Below are positions 1 through 13,337 of a stretch of DNA of 64,000 nt, piece after piece (within the stretch, counting starts at the first letter, position 1; each line of letters opens with the position of its first letter). The position numbers were made by a program, and so were the translations under genes. The stretch is from Rhizophagus irregularis (lineage: Eukaryota). The notes under the pieces are model-generated. The model worked only from the letters and a program-made list of their open reading frames with translations, had not been told where the DNA came from and made no database searches. The stretch lies in assembly GCF_026210795.1 (NCBI RefSeq), contig NC_089432.1, positions 4,464,001 to 4,528,000 on the forward strand. Direction: 5' to 3'.

Positions 1-470
1 AATTGCCTTTTTGGATTGTGTAACGTTACTCTGATTCCCAAAATGGAAATTATAGTAATTTTTGGCTGGAATTATAAAATTTGGCCGAAATTATGGTGCG
101 TGACATATAATATATGACAAATAAGGTTTTTTTACCGAAAAAAATTTTAAGTCCCTAGAATAAATAGTAAAAATGGAAACTATAGGGATGTGACATGGTG
201 ACAAATTAATGTGTTTCGCATACTAGTGTACATTAAGAAATTATCTTTCTTTTAATAACTAATTTAAATAACAATGTAAAATTAAAAAATCAAAATATAA
301 ATGTTTTTTATTCATACCATAGTAAAATAAATTAATAAGTAAAAAAAAAGGTCATGATGTATAAGAATGATTATAAAATTAGGTACTAATCTAACGTTTT
401 TAAAGCATTATCATCATGTTTACAATCTTAAAATAATAATGATATTTTTAACGAATTTTTTATGAATTAT

Positions 471-3112
471 TTATTTTATATTTTTTTGAAGTATTTCTAA
501 TCTACCTTTTGCTTCTTTATTTCCTTGTTTGGCAGATTTTTCATACCAATGAATTGCTTTGTCTATATCTATTATTGTAATTCCCTCTCCAAGTTCATAT
601 ATAGTACCAAGATTATATTGTGCTACCATTTCTCCTAGATTTGCAGCATTTTGATATAATTCAAATGCTCTTTGCTTATCAATTTTAGTTCCAATACCAT
701 AATTATAACAATATCCTAACAGAGTTATTCCACCTAAATCTCCTCCTTCAGCTGATTTCTTAGACAATTCAAAAGCTTTATTATAATCTTTTTCAACACT
801 ACTTTCAGCTATATAACAATAACTAAGATTACGCATAGCTATTATATTTCCATTATCTGCAGCTTTTTCATACCAATAAATAGCCTTTTTAAGTCTTTGC
901 TAATACCTATTCCATATTCATAACAATAATAACCAATACCTAATTGTCCACGTGCAAAATTTTTATTAGCCACTTTTTCAAAGTATTCAAAAACTAATTT
1001 TTCGTTTTTTGTAGTTCCAGTTCCATATAGATAACAATGGCCAACAAAATATTGTGCTAATATATGATTTTGATTTGATGCATTAATAAATAAATTGAAA
1101 GATTTTTTATGATCTTCACTTGTTGCAATTCCATAACGATTAAAATATCCAAATAAAAAAATTGAATTTGGACTATTTTGATTATTTGATAACCAATTAT
1201 AAATTTCTTCTGAATTAGTATTATAATTACTATTAAGATATTCGATAAATTGCCTTTTTATTAATTTCCAAGCAGTTCCTTTGTTTGATAATTTGTAAAT
1301 AAAATCACTTATTTCATCAATTAATCTGTTAAAATCTTTTTCAGTTGTAAGATTCTTTTGTTTACTTAAAACTACCATAGAATCAATTTCTTTTGTATTC
1401 ATTTTATTAAAATCTTGAATAAGTTGAGATAAATCTCCTTGTGATTCTGAATTATTAGTATTTGAAGCATCATTGATTTCTTGTTCACCTGACAATTGAA
1501 AATTTTCTGTAATTGCATCTGTTTTTGTAATCATTTCTTTTAAACAATCAACTACTTGATATATATTCGGACGATTATCTGGTTCACCATCCCAGCACTC
1601 TAAATAATAAATGTAATTTAAGATTAGGAAAAATAACATTTAAGTAATTACATTTAAAATTTACTTACTAGTATAAATTTTTACATAATTTTCGGGTGTA
1701 TCAGGAACAATTGTTTCTCTAAGACCTTGTAAAATCTCTAAAGCTAAACCGACATCATATCCTTCACCTTCAACATAAAAAGGAGGTAGACCATTGGATA
1801 TTTCCCATAACAGTACGCCAACACTGTAAACATCGCTTTTTTCATTTAATGAGTAAATTTGGGATGTTTGATTATTATTATTTCTTCGTCTATTAAAAAT
1901 TTTTGGATCAACATAAGGTACCATTCCAAATATTTTGGATTGAATATTTGATGACGCTCCAATTCTTTTTGATAATCCAAAATCCGCCAATTTGATCGTA
2001 TTTTGATGAACTAATATATTACCAGAATGCTATTAAAAAGTTATATATTAACTTAGTAATGCAAATATAATATTATAGACAATGATTGAAGAAGATAAAT
2101 AAATTACCAGGTCACGATGGACAATCCCTTCATTATGTAAACATGACACAGCGCAAGCTAACTGGTATGCCATAATGTATTTTTCATCCCATGTAAGTTT
2201 ACTAAAGTTTTTTTCCAGATAGCTTCGAAGACTACCATTATTAGCATATTCCATTACTAACATATAATTATTACTAACATGATATTCTAAAGAACAAAAG
2301 AAAATAACAATTAAAATTCATTTTTTATGAATAAAATACGTATATTATATTAATTAAAGTATTATAGTACCTGTTGACTCAAATTTTGTTATTCCATGGC
2401 AACGAATAATATTATCATGATAATCAACTTCACGTTGATTTTTTAACTAAATAAATTCAAATTTTAATAAATAAATTTTAATGAATAAATGTTATAATGC
2501 TAAAAAGAAAAAGACGATTTCTATTTGTACACGGGGTGTGACATTTCACCGAAAGTCATTTCGCCGAAAAATAATCTCTGGCCTGAGATATTTATAATTC
2601 TGCATAATGTTGGCCCTATTTTTCGGCGAAATGTATCGTAACCGTTCAAACAAAGAACAGGAAAAAAAAAAGAATTTGTTAAACAAATCAAAATCGACAT
2701 ACAAAATCAACTTCCACGCTTTAAGTAAACTTGCGGAACAGACAAAAATACACAAACCGCATGTTCTTTTTAAAATTCTATTTATTAAAAATTTTTTTTA
2801 CATAACTTTTTAATGAAGTCACGTGTTACGTGTATGAACACCCAGTGTAAATTAAGAAATTTTCAAAATTTTTTATTCAATTACCTCACGAATAATTTCT
2901 TTTACGGCGATATTGTCAAGACTAAAAAAAGACTTTACTGCAAAACATTTCTCTAAATTTTTCCAATTTGCACGGTACACTTTTCCAAAACCACCGGTAC
3001 CAATTTCTTGAAAGTTATTAAATTCCTTGTATTCATAATATTTTATATGTTCTTCGTCAATAGCTTCTTCAATCCACTTAATCCATTCATTTTTATTCTT
3101 GGTATCTTGCAT
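471..3112 (-). CDS. TKL-like protein kinase + C-terminal Sel1-like repeats (paralog 1); one frameshift near 886-890
   Basis: Exons 3112-2885, 2446-2371, 2286-2108, 2029-1669, 1599-471 with GT-AG introns. Motifs GTGGFG, FAVK, HRDL|HSGN, DFG, DVYS, CWD..PDNRP, then Sel1 repeats (AQYNLG..Y..G.G...D..KA..WY.KSA.QG). One extra base in the T-run at 886-890 would join ORFs 842..1639 and 471..836 ([25 protein letters not shown]). The paralog-2 ATG reads ATT here, so the next in-frame ATG (3112) is used. Confidence 0.85.
2530..2847. mobile_element. Tc1/mariner-like MITE with TA duplication in intron 1 of paralog 1, containing a nested CATTTCRCCGAA-family fragment (~2540-2644)
   Basis: Termini CACGGGGTGT / ACACCCAGTG (inverted, 1 mismatch), TA at 2528-29 and 2848-49. 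This intron is ~440 bp versus ~75 bp in paralog 2. Confidence 0.6.
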
Positions 3113-3433
3113 TTTGATATTATCAGAAATTGAATAGTAATAATTTAGCATAAAAGTATTAAAACCGAAAAGTTAAAGTTGTAAAAAAAACTATTTTTAG
3201 TATTTTTTATGCAATTAATTTCCGATAGTCGTACAGTGTCACAAAAAAGATTTACCCAGTATCACCTAGGGGATAGATAGATGTCATTGGTGAAGAATGC
3301 ACAATACAAATGTTGATCAAAACAATACTAACCATACTAACCAACGGCAGTGAAAAAATTTACGCAAATACATCGTAATGTAAAATAAACGGGGACAACC
3401 CAGGGTTACACATAGGGATGGGGTTAATGGCTA

Positions 3434-3618
3434 TACTAATTTTCGCCCCAGGTTCCCATTGGATCCAATGTGGAGTTGGCTCGGATTCCATGTAATGACG
3501 ACAGAAGACATGGATCCGGATGATTTACAATTGATTACAAATCAAAAAATTCCAGATGTTGATCAATCGGATCCGGTTCACAAGCCAGAATCAATGGAAC
3601 TAGGGGCGAAAATTAGTA
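3434..3618. mobile_element. MITE with TA target-site duplication (Tc1/mariner-like)
   Basis: TIR TACTAATTTTCGCCCC...GGGGCGAAAATTAGTA, TA on both sides. It interrupts a GGTTAAT-rich repeat starting TAGGGATGG at ~3413. Confidence 0.75.
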
Positions 3619-3619
3619 T

Positions 3620-3790
3620 AATTAACCATGGTTAATTAACTGCGGTTAATTAATGGTTAATTTGGTTAATTATGTTTAACTAAAATTGGTTAATTAACGG
3701 TTAATTTGGTTAATTATAAATTAACCAATCAAAAAAGAAATTTATATCATGTGATTATAGTTAATTTGGCTTAAACTAACAAAATTAATA
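3620..3790. repeat. GGTTAATT/AATTAACC short-motif repeat, probable subterminal region of an older element
   Basis: Many copies of ggttaatt and ttaacc. Confidence 0.5.
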
Positions 3791-5063
3791 CATTTGACCA
3801 GAATTACAACAAATTATAATTAGTTACACATATTGATGATCACAAGACAAAACTAAAATTGGTTACACAAAAATCCATATTAAATTTCGCAAAACTTTAG
3901 TTTTTTTATTTTTCTCAGCACAGCATACATAGTAGAAGAGTAGCGGATGTTAAAAGTTAAGGTTTTGTGTGCTAGCTCTATATAAGCGAATTTTTTTATC
4001 CAAATAGACCACTGGTTACTTTGTTCTTAGTTTTTATATGTTTTTACCACTTGATTAGAAATTACACTTTTTTTTACAAGGTCTCAATAAGAAAATTATA
4101 AATATATTTTTATCTAAAACATTTAATAAAATTTTATGTAATTTTGAGGTACTTTAAGTAGGTGATGCTAAATAACTTAAGAACTAGAAATGCGAAGGCG
4201 ATAAAATTCACATCATGTACTGTATAACTTCGCAATGTGCCTGATGTGCCGTCGTGTGATTGTATCACATCATAATTATCACTTTTTTATTAAAATAAGA
4301 TCAGACATCTATAGTAACATTGCTGAAACCTGTGATTTTATGACATCGCTTTCACTATAGTATCACGTTGTTATTTTAGTAACGTAACAATGCATTGTAT
4401 GTTAATACGAAATTGCAATACATCTACAATACTGTAATTGCGTTGTTTGATACATTGTGACTGTATCATAAATATGGCTTTTTTTATATTAAAATTTTTT
4501 AAGTATTATTTTTTTCATTTTCATAATATTGATGTTGAAAATGCGACTACAATGCTTATAATTGCATAGTAACGATGATGATACTATATTATACTGAAAT
4601 AATTAAATTGTTTTTATGCGCAGATATTTATACTTAAGTATCAGCTAATGTAAGAAAAAAATTTAATAATAATTGCTTAGAATATTTCTGAATGCCATTC
4701 ATTTTTTTTATTATTTTATATTCCCTAATTATGTTAAGCAAAGGAAAAAAAAATCAAATTTCGGGGAAAGCCCCTTATTTATATGAAATTATGTATCACG
4801 TGATTAACGTGACAATTTTAACAGATCAGCCACGTTTTTTTTAAACTTTAACAAACTTTTTTCCTTTTTCACAGTCTCACCCTTTCCCTTCCTCTCTTTT
4901 TCTCTTCCTCTTGTTTCACTCTCTCTAATAAAAATCTTAGCGGAACATTTAGCAACATTTTGATATTTTTCTTTATTAGACAAAAATCATTGCATTATGC
5001 AATGAAAATTAAGAGTTCGTAACGATTTTTTTTTAAAAAAAAAAATAAGTATATTATAACTTA

Positions 5064-5180
5064 AATGACAAAATAACTTCGGTAAAAAAATGGATTGAAA
5101 AAAAGCTAGAGAATGAGTATATTCGTTATTTTAAATATGATGAATTTATAATTGATGAAGAAGAAATTGGTAAAGGAAGG
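5064..5180 (+). pseudogene. Isolated 5' fragment of a kinase gene of the same family
   Basis: Frame from 5091 reads WIEKKLENEYIRYFKYDEFIIDEEEIGKGR, matching the paralog N-termini ([29 protein letters not shown]). It stops at the Gly-loop. Confidence 0.7.
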
Positions 5181-5459
5181 GATATCAGAATTCCAGTAAG
5201 ATTTTTTTCTTTTTTTTCATCTTTATTTTTTCTTTTTTTTCTTTCTTTAGATGGTTCTTTCAAGTTATTTTGGGAGACATTTTGGTAAAGTTTCTTATTT
5301 ATTTCTTCCATCTTTTAACAAATGGTTCTTAACAATTCATTTTTTTCTCTTTTTAGGCGGTTCTTTTGTATTTCTTGTGGTAAGTTAAATTTTTTTTCTT
5401 TCATTTTTTTTTATTTGACAAAACGTTGACTGGCGGTTAACTAAAATTTTATTTTCTTG

Positions 5460-5860
5460 TTTCTTTCTTTTTTTAGACGATCAGGCCTTTGGACGCATGA
5501 AATTTCCAATGGTTGATTTCTTTTTACTTTTTTAAATTCTTCTGAATTAAATTTTTTTATTTTGATAAGATGTTAACTATTGTTTCATTTTCTTTCTTTG
5601 TTTTTAGACAGGTCAGGCCTTTGGATGTGTGAAATTTCCAATGGTTGATTTCTTTTTACTTTTTTAAATTCTTCTGAATTAAATTTTTTTATTTTGATAA
5701 GATGTTAACTATTGTTTCATTTTCTTTCTTTGTTTTTAGACAGGTCAGGCCTTTGGATGTGTGAAATTTTCAAAGGTTAGATTTTTCCTTTTTAAATTCT
5801 TTCGAATTAAATTTTTTCATTTTTATTTAACGAAACGTTTAACTAACGTTTCATCTTCTT
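5460..5860 (+). repeat. ~130-bp tandem repeat (3 copies), each unit an AG|micro-exon|GT plus intron
   Basis: tttttag|ACAGGTCAGGCCTTTGGATGTGTGAAATTTCCAATG|gttgattt recurs near 5476, 5607 and 5739. Confidence 0.8.
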
Positions 5861-8800
5861 TTTTCTTTTTTTAAACAGTCATGTTCTTTTCTTTTTTTAG
5901 GTTTTATGTTTCAATACTTCTCTTTCAGATGTCCAGACCTTTTGACATGTGAGACTTCAGTGGGAACTATTTTTGACAGGAATTGTATTACTATTGGCAT
6001 ATAATGAATCAAAATGAAAATTTGACTTTGATACTGGAAAAAGTTATTTTACTTGTTTTACTTATAGGTTCTGTAAAGTTTCGAATAGCAGAATAGGGTA
6101 TTGGAATCTTGAAATGGTAAGTTTCATAATGGAATTTACCTTTTTCTTAGTATTGGAAACATCCTTATTTTTTACTTTTTTTTTGTAGTTATAGAAGGGC
6201 TTTGATTGGGTACCTGGAGATTGGAGACGGTAAATTTCTACGCGAAACTTACTTTTTTTTGTTTTCTTTAATTAGAAACATTTAATGTTTCTTTATTTTT
6301 TTCTTAGATCTCGGCGGACAGATTGTTTTTTGGAGTTCATGGGATTATTTCGTTTTAAGGAAAAGTTTCATTTTTTTGGATTTTTTCAAATTACTATAGC
6401 AAAACATGTTTATCAAATAATTTTATTTTCAGATACTTTTATACATTTTATATAAAGAATTATATTATCAATACTTAATAATGAATAATTTAATAGTTAG
6501 CTAGCGTAATATGTAATATATAACATTGTTTACTTTATTAAATATATATGCAAATAAAGTGTGTTTACAACGTTGTAAAAAATAAATTACTACGTTTTGA
6601 CTATATGTTTACAGTAGTAAAATAGGTGCAGTGAAATCGTTTTTATGGTAAATTAAAAAAGCGTAGTGCCGATACATTTTCTCACTTTTGCAACGTGTTG
6701 TATGACGTTCAATAATGACGGATGAATCACGTGATTTTGGCGCAGTGTCAACGTTGTTTAAAAATATGAAGTTTCTGCAGAAACCTCTGGTTTTCACAAA
6801 ATATGTTATACATAATCACTACATGTTACTAACAGATGGTATATATATGTTCTACATATTTTAATATACGTAATATGTTTGTAATATTAATAAAATAATG
6901 TTATAATATTTTTAATATATGTTGAAATTTAAACTTAAACTAATATAAATGTAGTAAATATTTTTGTAATATGAATAAAATAAATTTACAATATTTTCGA
7001 ATATGTACTTAAATTAATGATATAGTGAATAATTTGAATACATTGTTAATATATTTCAAAGTTATTTCAAATATGCTGTTGATATATTAATAACATATTT
7101 TGAATATTGTTGTTAATATATGAATAATATATTTTGAATATGTTGTTGATATATACTGAAACTGTGACTTTAACGCTTCTAGTATGTGACTATCATGTGA
7201 CTAACAGGTCAATCAAGGTATTCTTTTCGTCTCGATTGTCCAGTTCAGTGCATCACCACTTTATATTGGCTATATGAATAATTTTTTTTAATTTTAAATA
7301 ATACAACTATTTTTTTAAAAAAAAATTTAAATTATAGATTTTATCCTTTTTATCCTTTCACTTCAACTTGACAATATAGAAGCAATAATAAAGTTAATAC
7401 AATATTAATCCATTAATGAAAATACTATCTGAAAATACGTAAAAATTTTGATTGGCTTTGCCATTTATAATAACATTAATGCATTATTATAAAATAACAA
7501 GTCACTCAGTCATTATTTAGTTGTTAATTTATTGATATAGCAATAATGTATAATAACGTAAATAAATTGTGTAATTAAACATAGGATATATTGGAGTTTA
7601 CTTAAGAATCATAAACTTCATAGCCACGCTCAATTAAGGCAATGTATTACTAGACCTACACTAAAGATAACTTTAGCAAGGCTTTCTTTGTGAATTAAAA
7701 GAATTTTCATACACTTTGCCAGCTGGTGGTATAGCTTATGACCTTTAACCTCATACTAATAAACCCAGAATGCTTGCATCACTAATAAAAAGTATAGTTA
7801 AGATGCTTCAAAAAATCCCTAAAAAGAAAAAATAAAACAAATGAACAATTAGTAAACATTCATCAAATTAAAATAAAAAAAAAATACTTTCATTATTGTT
7901 TATAATCACATAATATCAATTGAGATTAATTTGCATGACTCCAACTTTGTACAGACAATCCCGGAAAAGTTACAGCCAAGTATAAGGGATATGATTAATA
8001 TACCAATTACCATCAAAATTTTACACATCTAGATCCATTTAAAGAGCAAATATTCATCGGAAATCCAAAATTTTAAGCTTCTTACTCTAGTGGTATGTGA
8101 AAAACACAGAAATATAAAAATGTTTGTGTTTCAACAAGCATAAAAGATTAAATAGTAGAAGTATTAGCAAGAGGAATATTGAGAATAGCCTACAGATAAT
8201 ATAGAAGAAATTTGGAAAGGATACCTCTGACCTTTGACGTTGGCTGCGAGAGGTACAACAAAAATTTTTACATGAAAATAACACAACGTCTAAGAATTCA
8301 AGTAATTGTACTAACTAAAAAAGTAAATGATCCAGAAGATGAAGAATTGGTGATTTAATATATTATGATAACCGTTAAGGATGTTAAAAAAATTAGGTAT
8401 AAAAATAAAAAGCAATTTAAACATCAAAGAGTAAGAACCTATATAAAAAGAAACCCTTAAAAGTAGAAATAGTGAAGAGAGAAGTCAGACTTAAAGGAAA
8501 AGAGGGGATTGCAATTATTCACACAGAGCTATATGGAAACAATTTTTTTTTAAAAAAAAAGAGATGATGAATTTGCACGTTAATTTTCCCTATTTACATG
8601 CAAAATACCAAGAAATTAAGTGAAGAATTTAGGGTATTATCAGATGCAGGCTTTAGTTTTGTATAATAAGGTTCCAGTATACTTAGTAGCAAAGAAAGTT
8701 TCACAAGAAGAACTTGAACTTTATTAAAAAATAATACTTAGGAAAAGATATCGGAGGTGGAAAAGGTAAGTATAAAAGAGGGTAAAAAGCATTTTATTGT

Positions 8801-9699
8801 TGAAGAGAAGGAGAAAAAGAAAAGCAATTACAGGGAAAGGGGAAGAACAAGAAGATGCATTAAATAGTAACGTATGCATAGTCATAGATAGCCCAGTTTC
8901 TTTTAGATAAATAAAATTAGTTTATATAAGGACTAAATGTTATTTAATTGCTGTAATAATTATATAAACTACACAATGGTTTCTACATTATAAAAAAGAA
9001 ATGAAAAAAATTTTTATAAGAAACTTTTTTATCGGAAAAATGAGACTATATTAAATTATCACGTGTATCACGTGATTTAATACTTTTTTAAACAAAAGTC
9101 TAAAGTATAAAAAAAAAGTTTAAAAAAAATTTAAACTCTCATTTTCACCTTTCCTTCTCTTTCGTAATTCCCCCTCCTTCATTTTTCCTTATCTCTCTCT
9201 CTCGTACTTTCTCTTTCCTTCGCTTTTTTTTTAGACAAATGTAAATTTCCGTATTTTTTGAAAGTTCTTGGACAAGGATTTGGTAAAGAGGAATGTTTTT
9301 AGCCTGCCTCTTGAAACAATTATTAATATTTCATTTCATTTCTTCTCTAGGCAGCTTTTTGGTTCTCTGAACGTGGAAGTTTGGTAAGTGTATTATTTTT
9401 TTAAAAAAATTTATATTTCGTCTTTTAAAAAATGATTACTAATTTCTTTTTTCTTTTTTTCTTTTATTTTAAATGGCTTGGACACATAGGATTTCAGTGA
9501 GAAATCAGCCTCGGGTTTTCTAATTTTAGAGAAGTCTGGATATGCAGCAGCACAGAACAGGTAAGTTCCAAAGAAGCACGCCTTCACTAACCAGATACGT
9601 GTTGGTATCTAACACTTTGAATAGAGCAGGAATGTACCAGATCCTTCTGCGACTTGAAAGCTTTATTGATGTCGAGTTGACTGCTTGTAGGTATTTATT

Positions 9700-10150
9700 T
9701 TCACTTCGGACATCACACTAACGGAAATTTGAAACTTTAAAAAAGTTTTCTTTTTTTCCATTTTTGAAGGGAAATCAGCTCCGGCTTGGAAACTAGAATC
9801 CTAATTAGTAGTAAGTTTTGAAAAAAAGGAACTTAAAATTTCATACAAAAGACTTTTTTACCATTTTCTTTTTTTTTTTAGGGGAATTAGCTCCGATGTG
9901 ACTTCCCAAGTGAGTTTTTGAAAAGGAATTTGAAACTATAAAAAAAAGTTTTTATAGCTTTTTTTTCCTTTTTGTAAGGAAATTGGATCCAACTTAGAAA
10001 AACAGAATCCCAGATACTTGAGTTTCGAAAAAAGATGTTATAAAGTAAAAAGTTTTTTTAACGGGTTTTCCTTTTTTTATGGAAACTAACTTCGTTGTGG
10101 GCATTGGATTCTCAAGTGAGTTCCGAAAAAAAAAGTTTCAAAACTTTATT
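9700..10150 (+). repeat. Degenerate ~100-110-bp tandem repeat of exon-intron-like units
   Basis: Recurring (a/t)ag|GGAAAT(C/T)AGCTCC...|gt(a/g)agttt(t/c)gaaaa near 9770, 9880, 9978 and 10080. Confidence 0.6.
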
Positions 10151-10889
10151 ATAATACAGCTTTTTATTAATATTTTTCCATTTTCTTTTGTAAGACTTTT
10201 TATTTCGGAACTCTTGTGAAAAGTCGTCAATTACAGTAACTTCATCTTTCACTTTGTAGGTCTCCTCTGATTCATTATCAGAATTCACGAATTCCCTGAA
10301 TCAATCATATGCACAAATTTAATTTAACGAAAAAGACAAGAAAAATCAAAATATCTTTATAGTACAATCGTTGCATTATTTTATATTATTGACACATGAT
10401 TATTTTACTATTTTGTTACTATTACTTTGTTTTTAATATATTTTCATATGTATAATCGTTATAAAATTAAATATATATTATATTATTGCCCTATGAAAAA
10501 AGTCTGTGTGATTTTTGTTGAAAAATCATTCAATTAAATTCACTACAATTTCTGTATATTTGACCATACAATAATTGTGCTAAAAATTGCAATAAATCAC
10601 ACAATTATTGCATGGTAATTCATTCAATAATTATCCTATTTTTGACCTGAATTTATACAATTATTGTGTGATTTTTGAGCCAAATTTTAGGCCATATTTT
10701 AGGAATTATAGGTTAAATTTTACAGTAATAACAGGCAATTTATAAAGTGAAATTATGAATTTTTTTTATTGACTTAAAATATAAAAAATATACACAATAT
10801 TTCATAAATAAAATACTAAATTTGATATAATCATAAATATAAAAATTTGTAAGAAAATAAAATAAAATAAAGTATGTTAATAACATGAA

Positions 10890-11150
10890 AGTAAATTAGT
10901 AGTATCATCAAAGAAGAAAGTAAATTATTAGTGTAAGAAATTATTAGTATTAAATAAAAAAGTATGAAGTTAGTGAAGAAAGCAAATTAGTAGTGTTAAA
11001 AAGTAAATTATTAGTGTTAGTAATAAAAAAGTATGAAGTTAGTAAAGAAAGCAAATTAGTAGTTGTTAAAAAGTAAATTATTAGTATTAGTAATAAAAAA
11101 AAGTATGAAGTTAGTGAAGAAAGCAAGTTAGTAACATTAAAATGTAAAAA
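10890..11150. repeat. ~70-bp tandem repeat
   Basis: AAAAAGTATGAAGTTAGT(G/A)AAGAAAGCAAATTAGTAG... occurs three times (~10957, 11026, 11098). Confidence 0.75.
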
Positions 11151-11619
11151 GTTAGGAAAATAAAAAGATAAAGAATACAAGTTTTTCTTACCTGCTGATA
11201 TTTTAAAAGAAAGTTGAAGAAAAGTTAAAAGGTTAAAAAAACATAAACAAAAACATTTCGCGTCATCATATTTATTTTGACGATCAGATCACGTGACCAA
11301 CATATATAATTTTAAGAGTTGATTTTTACCGCATAATTCTGGCCAAATTATAATTCCGGTCAGAACTAATTGTGTAACCTAATAAAAAGTTTTTGACTTT
11401 TTTTTAGTTACAAGATGATACATAAATTTCACCAATGGGTCCGGAAGATGCCCGTTTATAAGCAAATATGCGGTTGAATTTTGTGTAACCTTTATGCATA
11501 AATCACTTTACTTAGGAAAATCTATTTGTAATGGTTAAAAGTGGTCTATTCGACCCTAAAAGTGGTCAAATGTAACCATACAGGTAAGATGGAAAGTAGT
11601 ATAATAGGATTACCCAAAA

Positions 11620-11790
11620 ATTGCTTTCTGTATCCTAAATTTAAGTCTATTTTCAAGTTGTACAATAATCACAATTTTTATTGTACAAAAATTGAATGTT
11701 TTCTGTATCCTGAATTTAAGTTGTATAAAAATCACACAAAAATTGAACATTTTCTATATCCTAAATTTAAGTTGTACAAAAATTGCATAC
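11620..11790. repeat. Degenerate tandem repeat
   Basis: TTTCT(G/A)TATCCT(A/G)AATTTAAGT occurs three times. Confidence 0.6.
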
Positions 11791-13337
11791 TTTTAATATG
11801 CTTTGAAAAACTTCATAACTATTTTTATCCAAAAATCTGCAATAATTGTACAATTTCCACACAGACTTGAACAAATATTGTACAAAAATTGGATGATTTT
11901 TTTTCATAGGGTTGATACATATTTGACATATGATGACCATATAAAATTGGCATTTCGAAATAATGTTTTTATCATATCTTTGATACATATTCGACATATA
12001 ATAGCCACATTTTAAAAAATATTTTTACCATATATATAACATATAGTTATTATATAAAAATTAGATTTCTATATTATATCATTTATATGTTCGGTATATT
12101 GTCAACATATAGTTAAAACAGAGTTAACATAAATATGAATATCATAGGTTTGGTATATTTTAAAAATATCTCTAACATATTTTTTATATTGATAGAGTTT
12201 CTGCAAAGTGGCTTAACCACATCTTCCTTCCCCACGTGGTTTGTGGCGTCTAAATTTTGATTGGCTTATGCACATGCAACATTTATCTTGAAAAAACATA
12301 GAAAAAATTCATAGACGAAAAAAAAGTAATATTTTTTTCTTAAAATATTATAATAAAAAAATTATTCTATTTCCTTTACAATAAGAACATTTAAATATAA
12401 TATTTTTACACTTTATTAAATTTAATAAACAAATAAACCAACATTATTTTTAAATCTTTAGTAAAAATGCCAATTATTCTATGAGTATTTAAGCCAGCAA
12501 GATAAAAAATAACATCTAAATACAATTATGCTATAAAGTGGAAAAACAAACTGAACTGTGCGCGGCAAAGTAATTTCACACAAAAACATTCATACCTTTG
12601 GAAATACTTAAGCTATTACTATGATAAAAATTAATGTTTGAGTAATACCATATATACTGAATAACTTTATTTAAGCTTACCAAAATATTGAAATTACGCT
12701 ATAAATTAAATTTATATAAGTGTTTCATACTTGTTAAATAACCCTACTTAGTTTCTTAAGACATGTTTCGTTTGACTATAATATTAAAATTAATGTTATA
12801 AAATCTATGCACTTACACAATAAAACGTATAACAATATCTCATATTTATGCTTTCATAAATATTTAATTTATATTGTTTTAACAGATTTTTAAAAGTTAG
12901 AAAAGAAAAGGAGAGAGAATTTTGTTGTAAAACGGTAAACAATAAACAAATTAATAGGGCTAATCGCGTCACAGGGGAAGCAAATTATACATTTTTTTAG
13001 CCACAGATCCGCAGTAACGATGCGTTACAAAGTGAAAAGTTAACCTGTTTGAAAATAGAACCATAATCCATACTTTATGAAGATGGAGAAATATACAAGC
13101 CCAGGTTAATTAAATTCGGTTAGATATGAAATTTGTTATCACATGAATTTATTAACATGAATATTTTAAAACCGGGCTATCTATACTTGCCACCCATATT
13201 AATGGGATTGGGAGAATCCCATATCCCATCCCATCCTATCCAAATTTTTTTTTTTTTTTTATAACTACGAGAAACAGCGCAGTGTACAAAACAAAGAATG
13301 CTGACCCTAAAAAGGGCAGACTATATCAATATATAAG

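Larger units (their letters stand above)
6778..12203. mobile_element. Possible ~5.4-kb non-autonomous TIR element
   Basis: Left CAGAAACCTCT..AAAATATGTTA; right end reverse-complements to CAGAAACTCT..AAAATATGTTA. ATATATT/ATATGTT-rich subterminal tracts at 6800-7160 and 11920-12190. No TSD or transposase seen. Confidence 0.3.

Noticed and set aside
8090..8880. Purine-rich stretch as LINE ORF2 remnant
   Set aside because: Too degenerate; no diagnostic motif could be read.
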